Positions 10,937-25,000 of a DNA stretch of 48,749 bases are shown in pieces (the stretch's first letter is position 1; each line of letters begins with the position of its first letter). The translations under genes were made by a program, and so were the position numbers. The DNA is from Sarea resinae (taxonomy: Eukaryota). The DNA lies in assembly GCA_026026165.1 (NCBI GenBank), contig JAPEUD010000054.1, positions 124,001-172,749 of the forward strand, in the 5' to 3' direction. The notes below the pieces were generated by a model. It did no database searches. It was not told the DNA's origin and worked only from the letters and a program-made list of their open reading frames with translations.

Positions 10937-12463
10937 CTACCTGTAGACCTCACCCAGAGGATCACTGCTTGCCTGCTGCTTTTGGTCATCGTCGCCGTTA
11001 GACTGCATATCTTCAATCACCCGCGCCAATCTTTCGATGCTCTCCGTGAGCCTGTCCTCATTCTCCCATGAGAAACATACCCTGATCGATCGAGGAAACG
11101 TCGCAGCGGCTTCATCGCCGTATACCTCAAAAAGACTCCCTTGCGCTACGATCAGGTTTTCCACGTCCTTTGCTCTAGCGGCGACGTTGTCTGCACTAAG
11201 ATAGTCTGGCAACTCCAGCCAAATGAAGTATCCTCCTACCACCTCCCTGCCTGGCTGAGCTGACCTCACACCAAGAGGTGAGAGGTGCTTCTCAATAGCA
11301 GCAGACATCTTACGATACCGAGAAGCATAAGCCGGCAGAAGCGAGGTTTCAATATGAGTATTGAGGTCGCCAGACTTGAGAAGCTCCGCAACGAATGTTG
11401 CAGAAAGTTGCGACGGAGCTCCACCTGACCTCGAAGAACCACTGCACCACACGTCAATTCTAACAGCTCCTGGGTCAATAGATCTCTTATCAAGCTTACG
11501 TTTGGGATACTCCATGGGCCATCTTCTCAGTGCCCTCAGCCCATCCTGTCCTAAAGCCAGGCCCAACAATTTTGCTGAAGCTGCCATTACTGACTGCATT
11601 ACCAAAGCCATCTGAACCTGGCCTCTCGGCACCACCATCAAGATAACGATCAACATCCACTATCCTGGGCTCAACTGCTTTTCGCAACGGCGCCTGACCA
11701 TTGCCTGGAGACGTTGACCATTGCAGGCAGTCATAGACATCGTCAGTCACGATGAGAGCATCGTAGCGCCGCGCAAGTCGAACAAGCTCTTGTCTTCGGT
11801 TGAGACTCATTGTTGTAGACGAAGGATTAGAGAAAGTTGGTACAGCATAAATGATGTGCCGATAAATTTTGCTCCACGGCCGAGGAGGTTTTAGAGTCTG
11901 GCCTGTGATGAGCAATTGTGTCTCGACTGTGGTCGTCCATACACATCATTTGCGCATTGCGCACATCAAATGGATCATACCGGTTTTACATTGCCCTGAA
12001 GCTGAGCCTTCTCCTCACTTTTCTCCAACCCGTCCTTCAAGATCTCGAGATTAATGCCTTGTTCATCTTCTGGTACCGCACGAAGCTTCCCATGGAATCC
12101 ACTATCTTCGAAAATACGGCACGCCAGAAAATATGTGGGCGCGACCATCCACACGTTCCGCGTATAGATTGGGTCTGTAAAGACTTGCAGCAGACAAGCC
12201 AGATTCTGCGATGCCCCGCCTGTGATACATATCCGCTCCGCCAGGATTGGCTCTCTGGTATCGTAAAAGGAAGTGAGCCATTGTGCAACCTGTTCTCGTA
12301 GAGGCTCGTAACCCGGATCGGGCCCGTATAGTAGGCCCGGAGTTGACACGGAGGGATCTGATAGAGCTGCTTCAGCCGCTGGCCTGATTCGAGAAACAGG
12401 TAGCAAAGCTGGATTTGGCCAGCCTCTTAGCAAATTGATGAGAGTTTTGGAACTGCCCATCAT
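10937..12463 (-). CDS. PLP-dependent aminotransferase class I/II (Aro8/YER152C-like); exons 12463..11981, 11897..11500, 11441..10937
   Basis: INLLRGWP, LLYGPDPG, ITGGASQNL, VPTFSNPS, TDDVYD, PLP-lysine motif SNGSFSKIVGPGFRTGW, GGYFIW. Introns 11898..11980 and 11442..11499 give a continuous frame. Confidence 0.9.
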
Positions 12464-14394
12464 TATTATTGTGAATCTGGGATTCTGATGGCCTTGGCGG
12501 GGTTTGAGGGGTTACTCTCCAGGGCTCGTTGATTGGATTCGGAGAAATCCGTACGTCAATATCGCTGGTGTCGACGATGATGAAATCTCTTCGGCCTCAA
12601 GATCTCAAACTACTAAAATCCGCATTGGGCTATCTTGTGACAGACAAATCATATTTAATGAGGACAGCTAGAAGGAGTTTCAGCAGTCGTGAATATGTGC
12701 AGACCTTTCGAGAAGGCGAAAGACATCCAATTACGCACGTGGTTGTCGCGCTTTTCGTTGGTGGTTGTCACCATTTTCATTGGAATGACCTCAACTCTCT
12801 ACAGAGTACGGAGCTCAGGTCTCGCTTTCAAGGCTGTTGTTACCTTCCGATCTTGTACATCATTTGTACGACATTGTCGTACGGGGGATCTGATGCGGTC
12901 AGCCCAGCTTGAAGCCGGATTTACAGACAGCAGACAATTAATGTGAGCGGAATAGCACATGTACCCATTTCAGATACCAAAGAAGAATCTCGTGGATCAA
13001 TCAATTTTCAATAATGCTCCAGTTGATGTTCTGCCCTGACCGGAAAGATTCCCGACACCAAACTTCCGGGAATGCGGCGTGGCGATGCATGTACTCATAG
13101 TACTCCGGAGTAGATATTTCCAAGATTTAGCTCCAGTGGTTCGTGTTCTAAAAATACACTTCACGAATGCCCGGCTACGGACATGCTTGATGTCGTGAGC
13201 ACTCCTGCCAAGAAACCGAGCCACGAACTTGGGGCGGACACGTATGCGCCCTTCACGTATGCCATCAACAAGTACCTCGGGATGCCGTGCTAGAGCCTTC
13301 ACTCTACATAAGCCTTCGCTCGCATGTTCGAGTGGAGAGGAGCAGGAAGGTGAGGACGCGTCCATTTGTGGTCGAGTGGGGATCTCAGCAAGAGAAGTAG
13401 AAGGAAAAAGGAAAGGACGGTGGCTTCCGTTCCGTGGGTTGAATGGCGAGATCGCCCCAAGCAAGACCTACCTTACCTACCTACCCTCCCGCAACACGAA
13501 GTGCCCGACCCGTTCCTACCCACCTTAGGTAAGCGCCAGCGCCCTTGCGCCAGCGTCTATCGATAAGAGCGAAGGGAAGATGATGTGTTGTCACAGGTTG
13601 TAGGTGCAAACTGCGATTCCATTTTTGTAGACGGGAAGAAGGCAGTGAAGGCGGCTTCTTATATCATGGCCATACTACTGAAATAAGGTACTCTCTGCAC
13701 GAATGCGGAGATGCACTTTGCTGCCTGTCATTACTCCGTACGCCGTGCCAAGTACCGAGGAGACAGAAAGGGCTCCAGTTCGATTTCAGTTGTGACTTGT
13801 GGGCCCCTCGGCCCTGACCTGAGGTACCTAGGCTGGACCCCTTCGGCGCCGAAGGAGGCCATTTGTTTTGGGTGTTGCGTCAGCACAATAAGAATACTTC
13901 AGTATATCCCAATCTATCTTTACCCTCTGTGTCTCTGTGTGGCCGTGTGTCCACAGACCATGTCATATTTTGCCCACAGCCTCGAGCTCTCCCCCCTCCC
14001 TTTCGCCTTCCCTGACCACGAACAAGACTAAGAGGACTAACGTAATGCATGTCTGATCCAACGTCTCTTGGCCACTTCAAATATTGATCGGCACAAGGCG
14101 TAGACGGTACAAGTAGCTGCCGACTTATACAAGCGCTGATGTGCCCGCGAAATGAATGATGTGCAAGGCGTGAAGGATCCCTGACTAACGACAAGAGACT
14201 CTTTCCCTCGAATCCTCCTTCATCCTGTGATGCTTCAGCCTTCACACCGGGATAACTAAATACCTAAGCTTCCCCGAAGCCGTTCATCATTCTTACTCTT
14301 ATAGATTCAACCCAGACCTGTTTCAGTTTCTCTTGTCCACGGTCGAGCCTTGCCTCGACATCGGACCTTCCTTTCCTTTGATTTGAGGCCCAAC

Positions 14395-17127
14395 ATGACG
14401 TCAGCCAAAGACAAGTCGGTCAAACGGCTCTCATCGCTCTTCAATCTGACAGAAGGCGGTAGAGAACCCAGGGTCAAGATATCTCCATTCGAACCAAATA
14501 CACGCTTTTCGCGAAGCGCGAGTCCTTCGGCGGATCGACAAGCCCAGCAGTCGCCACTGCCCGGTCCCAACAAACTACTTTCTCCTCATCGTCCTGTGCC
14601 ATTTTTGTCTGAGCCCGGCTCATTCGTGTCTGAATCTGGTAGTAACTCACTCGCGCCTCCAAGACCTTCCAGCTCTCACTCAAACTTCCGGACTTCATCC
14701 CCACCACAGAGCAGGCCGACTAGCAGAGCTGGTCTGGAACCTGGCATCGCACCCCATTCTTCTGGACCCCAGTCATCTCTTCAAGTCGATAGCGGGTCGA
14801 CTGGAGACGCAAAACAGTCAAAACGTAGGAGTTGGCTACCAGGCATATTGCGAAGTGAATCTCCGGAGCATGGGAGTCATGCTCCCGAGGCATTCCTCAT
14901 CGGCCACGAAGGCAAGATCCCCTACGACCTTTCAAATCTGACAGGCGCCCAGAAGGTGAGCTCCCGAATTCTCTCTCTCTTTGTAGCAAAGGCGGAGTAC
15001 GATTGCTGATCATTCTTCGTATTGGATACGTAGGTACCTGAGCTGTGGGATGAGGAAGGAGACACTCTGATTTACCTATTTCCGCGTACCGCTGGTAAAG
15101 GGCCGTCATTCAAGGTTGAATCGTTTGCATATTCTTCGTCGAGGCTGCTGATGTCCATGGTCGACGGAGCTACATTCGACGACTATAGCCCCAACAGTCA
15201 AGGGGGGAGAAAACGGCAATCCTTGGAGCCGGGTACACAAAGCCATGGACCAGTTTCCCCGCCCATGACCCCGGATATGGACCCTCTTGACCGGACGAGC
15301 TCGCGTGGATCTCGACATCTGAGTGACACTCTAGACAGCCCTCAGGTCGAAAAGCATCTGTACTTCCCAATCGCATTGAGCACCGATGGTCAATTACCAT
15401 CACCAGCTTCAGCAGATGGTAAGCTGAATGCTGAAGACATTGAGACGTTAGTGTCTGCTCGAAATCTGTTTGCTTTTCTGGTCGGACAGTCGCTTGTTGC
15501 TACGAATAAGAACCCCAGCGTCTTCTCAATATTCCTCCGGGTGGCCTCCCTTCTGCAGCATTATGAGTTCACCAACCTGGATGGCTCAACGTTTGGTGAA
15601 ACGGCCTCGAGCAGCTTCGACGATTACATCGAAGAATTGAGCTTAGCCAACATAGGCCATAGCCGAGAGAAAACTATAGAAGCAATCGTTCTTGGTGAGC
15701 GAATGCGCTCTCTAAAGCTCTACAATGAGGCTTTCGTGCATGGAGTCGGTAAATATGACGACTTGGTCAAGTTGGACAGCCCAAAATTTCAATTAATCAG
15801 CAAAATAACACGGCATCGGATGGAAAGAGCTTCTATGGATCTTTCCAGTCGACTGCAAGGTGTTCGGACGCGCTTAGAAGATTTCGAGATACCATCCTTA
15901 TGGGCGGGATTGGCCAATTCGTCCACCAGCGATGATAGCAAAATCGTCGATTTCAAATCCTGGAGGGCGTCCTTCATGGCTACACGAAAGCACATTATGA
16001 GTTTTTATAAAGGCAAATATGGCTCGTGGCCGCCAAAGGCGAGTTCGAAGAAGAATGATTTCGAAGAGAGCGGCCTGAATCGGATTGTGCTCAAGGAGGT
16101 GTATCAGGATTTTGCCGACCTCTATGATCTTCTCGTGGATCGAACATCACTAACAACTCGCTCAACGGACTTGCTGCCCCCTGATGAAAGTTCGGGCTTA
16201 GACCCTGACGAAACATTGGCCAGAGCACTGCGAAGGCTCATGAGCGAATATGACCACAGTTCACCACCTGTCCAGCCCCCAATGCCCTTTGATATTCCTC
16301 TTCTCCCATCCCTTGCCAGCACGCGGCAAAGCTTTGGCTCGGGAGATTCTAAAAAGGAAGCGAAACAGCGTAACAAGCGCATCAAAGACGATGAAATGAC
16401 GAAGATCCTCTCCCACGCTTACAATTCCGACGCCCACAAGCCCACCCCCTTTCTTACGGCCTTTAAGAACTTCGAGCACAAAGCGGCCCACGGCCGCTCC
16501 ATAAACGAACTCTGTTCCCAACGCTGTGGTCAATGGATCTTCCTCTACGCTGTGCTGCAGTCTCTTCCGATGGTCGTACTTGACGCCCCGGGAGTCACCT
16601 CCACAGAAGGGGTCGAATATTTCCTCTGTGAACCGGCCAAAGGCGGCGCGCCTTGGAGTCACAGCGATGCAGGTCGCAAGAAAAGCTGGTATGGTATCGC
16701 AGGCGGCACGGGCTTTGTCTCACTACCTTCGGACGTGGTTGATTTCTCAGTCGAAGGCATTTATCGCCGCAGTCACTGTTGGGAGATGGCAGAGAAATGG
16801 AGTCCACGGCCGCCGGAGCCCGAGTCCGCTACCACTGCTAATGCACCCAATCGCTTCGCTCTGGCCTCGCCTTCATCATCACTTTCGCCGCCGGGTCCGC
16901 CTCCTGCACCCCCGGGGTTTCCTGCAGCCTGGCCTCCTGCCCCAACCTCTCGCTCTGCCCTCGATGTCGGCCTAGAGGCATTACCTGTGCCGCCGTCGAG
17001 AATGGCGCCGTCCACACCAATCATCAATACACCGATCCCACAACGGCCTGTCTCGAGCTACGATCCCACGAAGAAATTCGAGGATATCATCGGCCAGGCG
17101 AACATGGGGCACGGAAAGAAGAAATAG
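14395..17127 (+). CDS. Conserved fungal hypothetical protein (Ser/Pro-rich termini, central globular domain, possibly DUF8004-like); exons 14395..14955, 15034..17127
   Basis: Intron 14956..15033 (GTGAGC...TAG, phase 0) joins ...GAQK to VPELWDEEGDTLIYLF..GPSFKV. Long open frame with ARNLFAFL, YNEAFVHGVG, GSWPP, WIFLYAVLQSLP, YFLC. The DUF label is from memory. Confidence 0.8.
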
Positions 17128-18088
17128 AGAGCAAAGTTCACTTCGCGTCGTGCCAGTGATGTAGTGGGAGCATAGCAGACGGTCCTTTTGCGTGTCTGTA
17201 ATTACCTGACCATTTTCCGGTTTCCTTCTGGTAGAGCTGAGGAAATAAGCATAGCGGGTCCTCTCTTTTGTTTATTGTATATCTTTTCCTCTAACATTTC
17301 ATATCATTCATATCATTGGATAACATAACGGCATTTAAGAGGGCGTTCGTGTGTCATGTACTTGGAAACCCCTCCTACATATGTCGAGAGAAAAGAAGTC
17401 AAGTATGGGGTAACATGAACTATTGTTCGTCGTGTGGAAGAATTGTAAACATGACACGAACCGTAGAAATTGAATCTGCTGAAGGAGGACGAAGGATAGC
17501 AGAAGCCAGTCAGCCTGAACGCCTTATCCTAATCTGTAAGGTAAGGTAGGTACTTCGGAGTATATAGCTTGCGTACGCAGTACGAACGTACCAGAGGTAC
17601 AAAGTATTCGTACTTGACACTTTCGATGGATGATCGACCGAGCGCAAGGAAAGTGTAGATCGAAGTACTCGATACTCGTGTACAGCGCTCTGATGCCTGG
17701 GCTGTCACGGTACCCTGTACTAGTCCCCAATTGCTAGAGTCGGAGGAGGAAGGGGACACCTGGACATCTGGGGCTTGATTTAGAGTCGACGTCGCATTTC
17801 ATTCATCGTCCATTCATTCATTATTCACTCAATAAGCCACCACCTGAAGAGCTGCCCTTCCGGCTCCTGCATTTGATCACCGTCTTTGAGCAGCACTCTT
17901 TGGCTCCTCGAGGTCACAGGTCCACAGTGTCGAAATGCGCTTTCTATCACCAACAGCATCAGCATAACTTCCAAGTCACCCATCAAGCTCGCACTTGGTA
18001 GCACAGTGATCCGACAATCTGCGCACCCGCTGAGCGGACCCACGCTGGATCCTTGACTCGCCTTCCGTGAGATCTTGTCGATATCATC

Positions 18089-20541
18089 ATGTCTACTGAT
18101 TACAATTATGACGAGCAGGTGCGCTGCTAGAACTCTGTTCCTTGCTGTGGGAAACACATGCTGATGCTCCGAAGGGGCAATTCTTTCCCTACTTCATACT
18201 CACCATCTCGGGATTGGTCACCCTACCCTTGACCTACTCCCTTCTCAAACCCAGCAAAGGTCAGTTCAACGTCTAAATCCCCTGCGAGGAAATTCCTGAC
18301 CGGTACGAGCACAACAGACTTGGAGAACACTGCTCCACGGATACAGTCCGACTTCAAGCCAAAGCATGCCGATCTGATCGAAGGACAAAGGAAGAAACAG
18401 AGGCGGCGGGAGCGGAGGCTGAAGCGCATTATAACCGTCATTCTAGGCTACGTGGCGATTGGATGGATGATCTACCTGATCCAAGTGACGGCGAGGACGA
18501 TACCAAAGATCTGGGATCCGTATGACATTCTGGGGATATCAAGGGTATGAACGTGTCATTGGGAAGCGTGGATGATTAACTAATCTGATATTCCGTTAGT
18601 CTGCCGACGAGAAAGCTATCAAGTCTCACTACAAGCGACTGTCCCTCAAATTTCATCCAGATAAAATCCGACCAGATCCAGCTCTGAATCAGACCATCGA
18701 GTCACTGAATGACCATTTCGTCGAACTGACCAAGGCTTACAAGGCTTTGACCGATGAAGAGGTCCGAAATAATTACATTCAATTCGGCCATCCGGACGGC
18801 AAACAGAGCTTCAGCATTGGTATTGCCTTGCCGAAATTCATTGTAACCGAGGGCAATGGGAAATACGTCCTCCTCGTTTACGGCTTTCTGCTCGGAGTCC
18901 TTCTACCGTATATAGTGGGAAAATGGTGGTATGGTACGCAAAGAATGACAAAGGAGAAGGTTCTGGTATCGAGTGCGGGAAAGTTGTTTAAGGAGTACGA
19001 AGAAACTGCTTCAGAAAGTGCTGTGGTTGCCGCACTCAGCACTGGCGACGAGTTCAAGGGGATATTGAAGGGGAATAAAGCAGAGTACGGTCTTGGGAAG
19101 CTGGAAAAGAAACTACTCTCTGGGACCGAGGCTGGATCGTCTACCTCAATGCTTTCGCCCAAGGACCGCGAAACATTAGTAAATCTGGACGGAGGTGTGC
19201 GCCGAAAAGTCCTCGGTCTTCTCTGGGCGTATCTCGGTCGGGAAGAAATGGACGATGCCACGCTTAATGATGGTAATGGTTGTCCCCCAAACTGAAGCAA
19301 TTCTTGAGAACTGACTTGGCCATACAGAAAAATACGAGGTTGCGCCGATTGCGCTTGCCCTGAATGAATCTTTTACAGCTATTGCCCTTGCTTTCGGCAA
19401 TGTCCTGCCCATAATCTCCGCCTACCGAACATCCCAAAATCTCATCCAAGCGATCCCACCGAAATCTTCACCTCTTCTGCAATTGCCGTACTTTACTACT
19501 GCAGTTGCTCAGGCCATTGAAGGCGAAAACACTCGGACCCACCTCACGGTACAGCAGTTTATGCGCCTACCAGAAGAGCGGCGACGGCGGCTTGCCATGG
19601 GTGCAGGTCTATTGACTGAAGCTCAGTACATTACCGCAATCTCGGTGGCAAAGCAGCTACCCGTCCTCAAGGTCGAAAAGGCATTCTTCAAGGTCATGGG
19701 TGAGCGTTTCATCACCCCAAGCAGTCTGGTCCAGCTTGTCGTCAAAGTCCGCGTCATCCCTCCAGGCGTGTCCGAGGTTCCTGCTGTCGAAGAGCTAGAT
19801 CTGGAAGATATTGACCCCGATGAGGGTGATCTTGATGCCTTACTTGGTCGTAAGCCACCCAAGTCGAAAAAGGCCAAATCTGTTGACGGCGATTCTGCTT
19901 CAAAACCCACGGATGATAAGCCCATCGCGCCACCCTTAGCATACGCCCCCTATTTTGCACGTGACCATTCACCAAGATGGCACGTCTTCCTTGCAGACAG
20001 CAAACAAGGCCGAATGGCCGTGCCTCCTTTCACCTTCACAACGTTTGATAAACCTCTCTTCGATGAGCAGGGCAAACCCACATTTGCCGTGCAAACGCTC
20101 AAGATGCAATTTCAGGCCCCCCCACAGGTCGGCCAGTACACGTTTGCCATGCATTTAATCTGCGATAGCTACATCGGCACGGACACCAAGATGCAAATCA
20201 CGCTGCATGTCGAGGACATGGCCAGAGCGGAAGAGATGGCTGACGAAGACGAAATCAGTGAACCAGAAGAAGGTAAGTCTTGTAATTACACGCGGTTCAA
20301 AAGACCGGAGGGAGAATCTCTTCTTTGACAATATATTTTCTTAGATTCATTGGCGGGCCAAATGAACGCTCTCAAAACCGGTGGTCTCACTGGCTCTTCG
20401 GCCCCCCCGCCTAAGAGACGGTCGAAAAAGGCTGTCGAGGACGACGAGTCGAGCGACGAATCGAGCGATACCGAGGGCGAAGAAGAGGAAGACGGCACTG
20501 ATACCGACACCGATACAGATACCGATACTGATGCTGAATGA
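18089..20541 (+). CDS. SEC63: ER translocon J-domain subunit Sec63; exons 18089..18118, 18175..18259, 18318..18544, 18600..19272, 19328..20272, 20345..20541
   Basis: N-terminus MSTDYNYDEQGQFFPYF, J domain (WDPYDILGI...KSHYKRLSLKFHPDK), YIQFGHPDGKQSFSIGIALP, Sec63/Brl domain ending ICDSYIGTD, acidic C-terminus ending DTDTDTDTDTDAE. Five GT-AG introns, all frame-consistent. Confidence 0.96.
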
Positions 20542-22019
20542 GAGCGTTTCCTCAATATCCCACCCTTGCTCACTCACTCACTCACTTACCCTTCCTCCGT
20601 CCCTCTGTCCTTCTCTTTCTCTCTCATCCATCTCCGGTCTTTCCCCGTCGCTGCTGTCGCTTAGCCTTCATCCAACCCCTCCTGTGAGGTCTATCCATCT
20701 TCACAGACACACAGCACATCATATCACACATTTTCGCTTACACCTTCCTTGTAGAACTATTTCAAAAGAAAGCATTCAAGATACAAATTTCAATCTTTAC
20801 AACTACACCGGCAACTTTTCTGTACAAGACCTCGCGAATCCATGTGATCGAAGTGACTGGCTGCTTGGCATTTACCTTCCGTTGCCCTTGGCCCTGATAG
20901 ACCCTACTTACCTCTAACCCCATCTATCTATCTGTTTAAAGATGAATAAATCACAAGGTAGACCATTTGCCCCGTCTAAAGCCGCATTTCCAGCCTCCGA
21001 ACCCCCAAACCCCTCAAAAGTCAGACAAGACATACGTATATACGCGTACTCGCTTCTGAATCCGTTCCGCCCTTTCACCCCTTTCACCCCCTTCACCTCT
21101 GTCGTTATAGATAAATATGTAAATATATGTAAAGTATAGTATATGACAAGGTATAGGTCTGCGTGCCAGCACAGGCAGGTAGACAGAGATCAGATAGCGG
21201 CCAGCCCGTCCAGTGGACCCTGGCTTCTTCGTACTTTTCTCGATCGAGCCCTACCTAGCCTATTACTTAGACCTGCAGGGGTGAAAGCCGGGACGGGCAG
21301 AAGTGGGGGTTTTTAAAGGCTGTGGGGTCCGTGGAGGGCATGGCAGGGGTTCGTTCAGACTCTATAGTCTTGCTGCTGCCGCAACTATCGTGCTTGATGT
21401 TTTTTATTTTTTTTTATTTTTTTTTCTCTTGATATCCAGGGAAGAGGGATTTTGATATGCCCCCGAACATTCAAATGGTCGATAGGAAATCCAGATCTGA
21501 TCAGCATCACCGACGGAAGTAGTGATGTGGTATAAGCATCAGTGGGGAAAAACACGTAAGATATGTTGCTGCTTTCGATGTCTGATTTCTAGTAATTGGC
21601 AAACAAAACCCGTCCCCATTAGGTCTTCAATCTACGCCCCTATAGATGGATGGCCTAGCATAAACTACATGCGCGCGTGTGTGTGTTTATAGCACTGAGC
21701 CCCTTTCTTTGTGCCCTAGGCTATGATACACCACGCCTCGTCACACCCACCACACTGCCGTCATGATCATGAACAGAGTAATAGGAGAAACATCACAAAA
21801 GAAAGAAAAAAGATAAACTTTGTCGGCAGAGGCGAAGAGATGTACAAGAATAAGTAGTAATTCCGGGTAGCTACCAGCAAGCAAGACAAAGCGAGCAAGC
21901 AAGAAAGCCGTCTTATCTCTCCCACAAAGATCTTAAACAAAGGGGATGTTAGTAGCATAGCACAAAATCGACCACCCAACACATAGATGATGACGAACGC
22001 AAGACAAGGCATGGCCCTT

Positions 22020-25000
22020 TCAAGAACGTCGAGTAGCTTCGATCGCCGCAGTCAATGGGACCAGCCTTAAGCTAGGGCTCCGATGAGGCTGCCACGATGT
22101 CATGATGCGCGAGTCCTCCCACTTCCTAAAGATGGCCTTAAAGTCTCGTGGCGCGCCTTCCATGACAACAGTGCTGACAGGGACGAAAGGTCGGTCTTCG
22201 AGAGACGCCGCTAAAATGCCGTATTCCTGAGCGAATACAAGGGCGGTCTGGAAGTCGGTGTATCTAGATTGAGCGCGTGCACCAACAACACTAGAGGATT
22301 AATTACATTAGCGAGATAGAATCTTTAAAGGGAGTCTGTGTGTGTTAGAACCGTGCTTACATGTATATCTCAAAGAAGGCATCAACGACATAAACGCTTT
22401 CCACTTGAAGATCTCGCTGAGAGAAAGGAGATATTTCCCGGACCTGCGCGGGCGGAGATGAGTCTGGCACCCACGGGCGTCGCGGCCAGAAAGAGCTCAC
22501 CTTTGCACCTGCGTCTTGTCCAATGCAGAAGAGTCTACACGAATAATTGTCGTAGCTTGCTTTCAGCCGCCAATGATCAGCCGATTTCGGAACCGCTCGT
22601 TTCGAGGTTGCAGGGAACGCGTCGAAGAACGCCGGAGGCTCATGGCCTTCATCAATCTCCTCAATCTCACCGGAGCCGAGATCCATGCCGATGAGACGAG
22701 CGCAACCCAGCTCGTCAGCCCCACTTCCCTTGCCCTTCCAGAGAATTGTCTTTCCAGAACCGGTCGAGATTATATACGGGAAGCCAGAGCATAACCGGTC
22801 CAGAGACAGGTCGATCTCATCAAAGGCAATCTGGCCGAGATGCCTTCGACCCAATAGCATGTAAGGTCCTGACGAATCAGCCCGGCTGCTTGGTCCGCGG
22901 CGAATGATAACAATGCCACCAAGTGCTTGGAAGAAGTTGGCAGTTTCTTTGCCTTGCCTGATAGTGATAAGCTTGCTATTATTCTCTCTCGCAACCTTTC
23001 GGCTAAAAAGTTGTGCATCCTCCACGGCAGAATCAGGGACGTTATCACCAATCCATTGGTAGAGTTCCGACGCCCTGGTGCCGTTTGGTGTTCCGAACAC
23101 ATGAATGCAGATGTACATGCTATCCTCAAATAGAATATGCTCCCGGTGTGACGGGACTGTCATTTTCTTGCCATCCCCTGTGATTTCCCAAATTTCCTTC
23201 CGAAGGGTCTTTATCTTTTCATTTCCATCAGACCTAGAGGACAGTATCGCTTGCGTATCGACCTCAACTGTCCCCAGGGAATGGAGGTCCTCGCCGAAGA
23301 AGTCAGAGAAGAGTCGATTGGCTTCGGAAGTATGAGGTATGGGAGACCCTGGTGTCATATTGGCACTTTGCACGCCATTTGAGATGCCCTTGACCGTTGT
23401 TGCTAGTGGTGGTATAGGTGGGAGTTCCCGGTTGACTGCACTGGGCTTCCGTGGGTCGCCAGGTGAAGATGGGAGATTGCGATCTATCGGAGTGAGAACT
23501 TTTGAAGGAGTGGATGTAGATCTCACTCCTGAAACACCCAGACCGGCTATTTCTTGACGCTCCGTTGGTGGCTTCGAAGGCTCAATACCCTCCATTGCGC
23601 TATTCTCTGCTTTCTTTGTTGGGGCCATTGTCGATGATTGCAATGGTGTTCCAGCTCTACCCTGTCGGCCCCATAATGCAGTCACGTCTTTGACAGAAGC
23701 TCGATCCCCGGCCTCGTCTGTATCCTTCCTTGGTGTTGACGGGGGTCCAGACCTTGCTAAATTTTCTAGTTTCTCATCGTCTGCTGTACCTGACTTTGAG
23801 GTGGGCTTGCCAGGAACGTCTGGTAGTGGTTTCTGGCTCGAAATGAATCGTCTAGGGGAAGCCATTGGACTGCTTTGAGCCACTTTAACCGCATCTTTTT
23901 GGGTCAGGAGAGGAGATTTGACCGGAGGTGAAGGTCTCGCCTTTATTGGGGTTGCTTGGATGGGTGTCGATGGCCCAGAAAATCCTTCTGACGAGTCTTG
24001 CGGTTGTGGCCTCACAGGATTTAACGGTGTTTTTGTAGACTCGGTAATCACATCCTTCGCAAAGGTTGTCGTCTCTGACACAGCCGCGCTAGGGCTAAGT
24101 GTACTTCTATCTGCTGAAGTTGGTAGGCGCCGCTTGGGCCCACGAGCTCGCGCCTTTGTCATGTGCGTCAGCTGCGTCGCAGTCTTCTCGTCTTCGTGGG
24201 ACTCTTTGGCTTGACTTGAGGAAGCACCAGTCGTATTAATGGGTGTCGTGGTTCTAGCGGCGCCACTGCTGCTTGATATTGGTGAAGGTCCTCTGGCCAG
24301 CAAGCCAGCCAAAGCCGGGTTGAATCTATCCGCCAGCTTATTCCGGGCACTTTGTTCAGCTGAGCGGACAGAGCCCAGGGCACGCGACTGAGCCTCTGAC
24401 GATATGGATGTTGAATTATCACTTCTTTGCTCCGACACGTCCTCTGGTGTGTTCGAGCGCTTATCCTGTGGATCATTGCTAACGCCGCTCACAATGCTAT
24501 TTGATCTACCCAAGTTCTTTCTTTTCGCTATAGCTTCTGGAGTCGGCGGACCGTCCCGAGCCACCCCCGCGGAGCTGCTCGTTATGGAAGTTGTGGGCTT
24601 CTCATCGGCGGCTTTAGATTTCATAGCCTCCTTCCGCTTTAGTATACTTTCTCTGAATTCGTCCTTCCGTTCTGTCTTCTTAGGCCCTCCCGTAGCAGCA
24701 AGCCCAGCCTTGCCACGAAGGATGTTGTCTTTCAACTCATCTGGAGCAACATAATTTTTGGTCTGCGTTCGTTTCAGTTTTCCGAATACATTCTTGAATT
24801 CGGGCTCTTCGGCTTTGTCATTCTCGGCGATGACTTGACGCGGCTTCAACGCGGACCTGAAATCCTTTTTTGGCGGCGTCTCAGGTTTTGCTTTATCCGC
24901 CACGAGTGAGGTCGAGCTTCTATTCGGCACAGGAACTTCAACAGAGCTAGATAAGGGTCGATCTCTAACATGTTCGCCAACGAGGCTTTTATTCTCCTCG

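Noticed and set aside
12529..14245. ORFs of 85-155 aa in the divergent promoter between the aminotransferase and the hypothetical gene
   Set aside because: No homology cues, near-cognate starts, overlapping on both strands; treated as chance ORFs.
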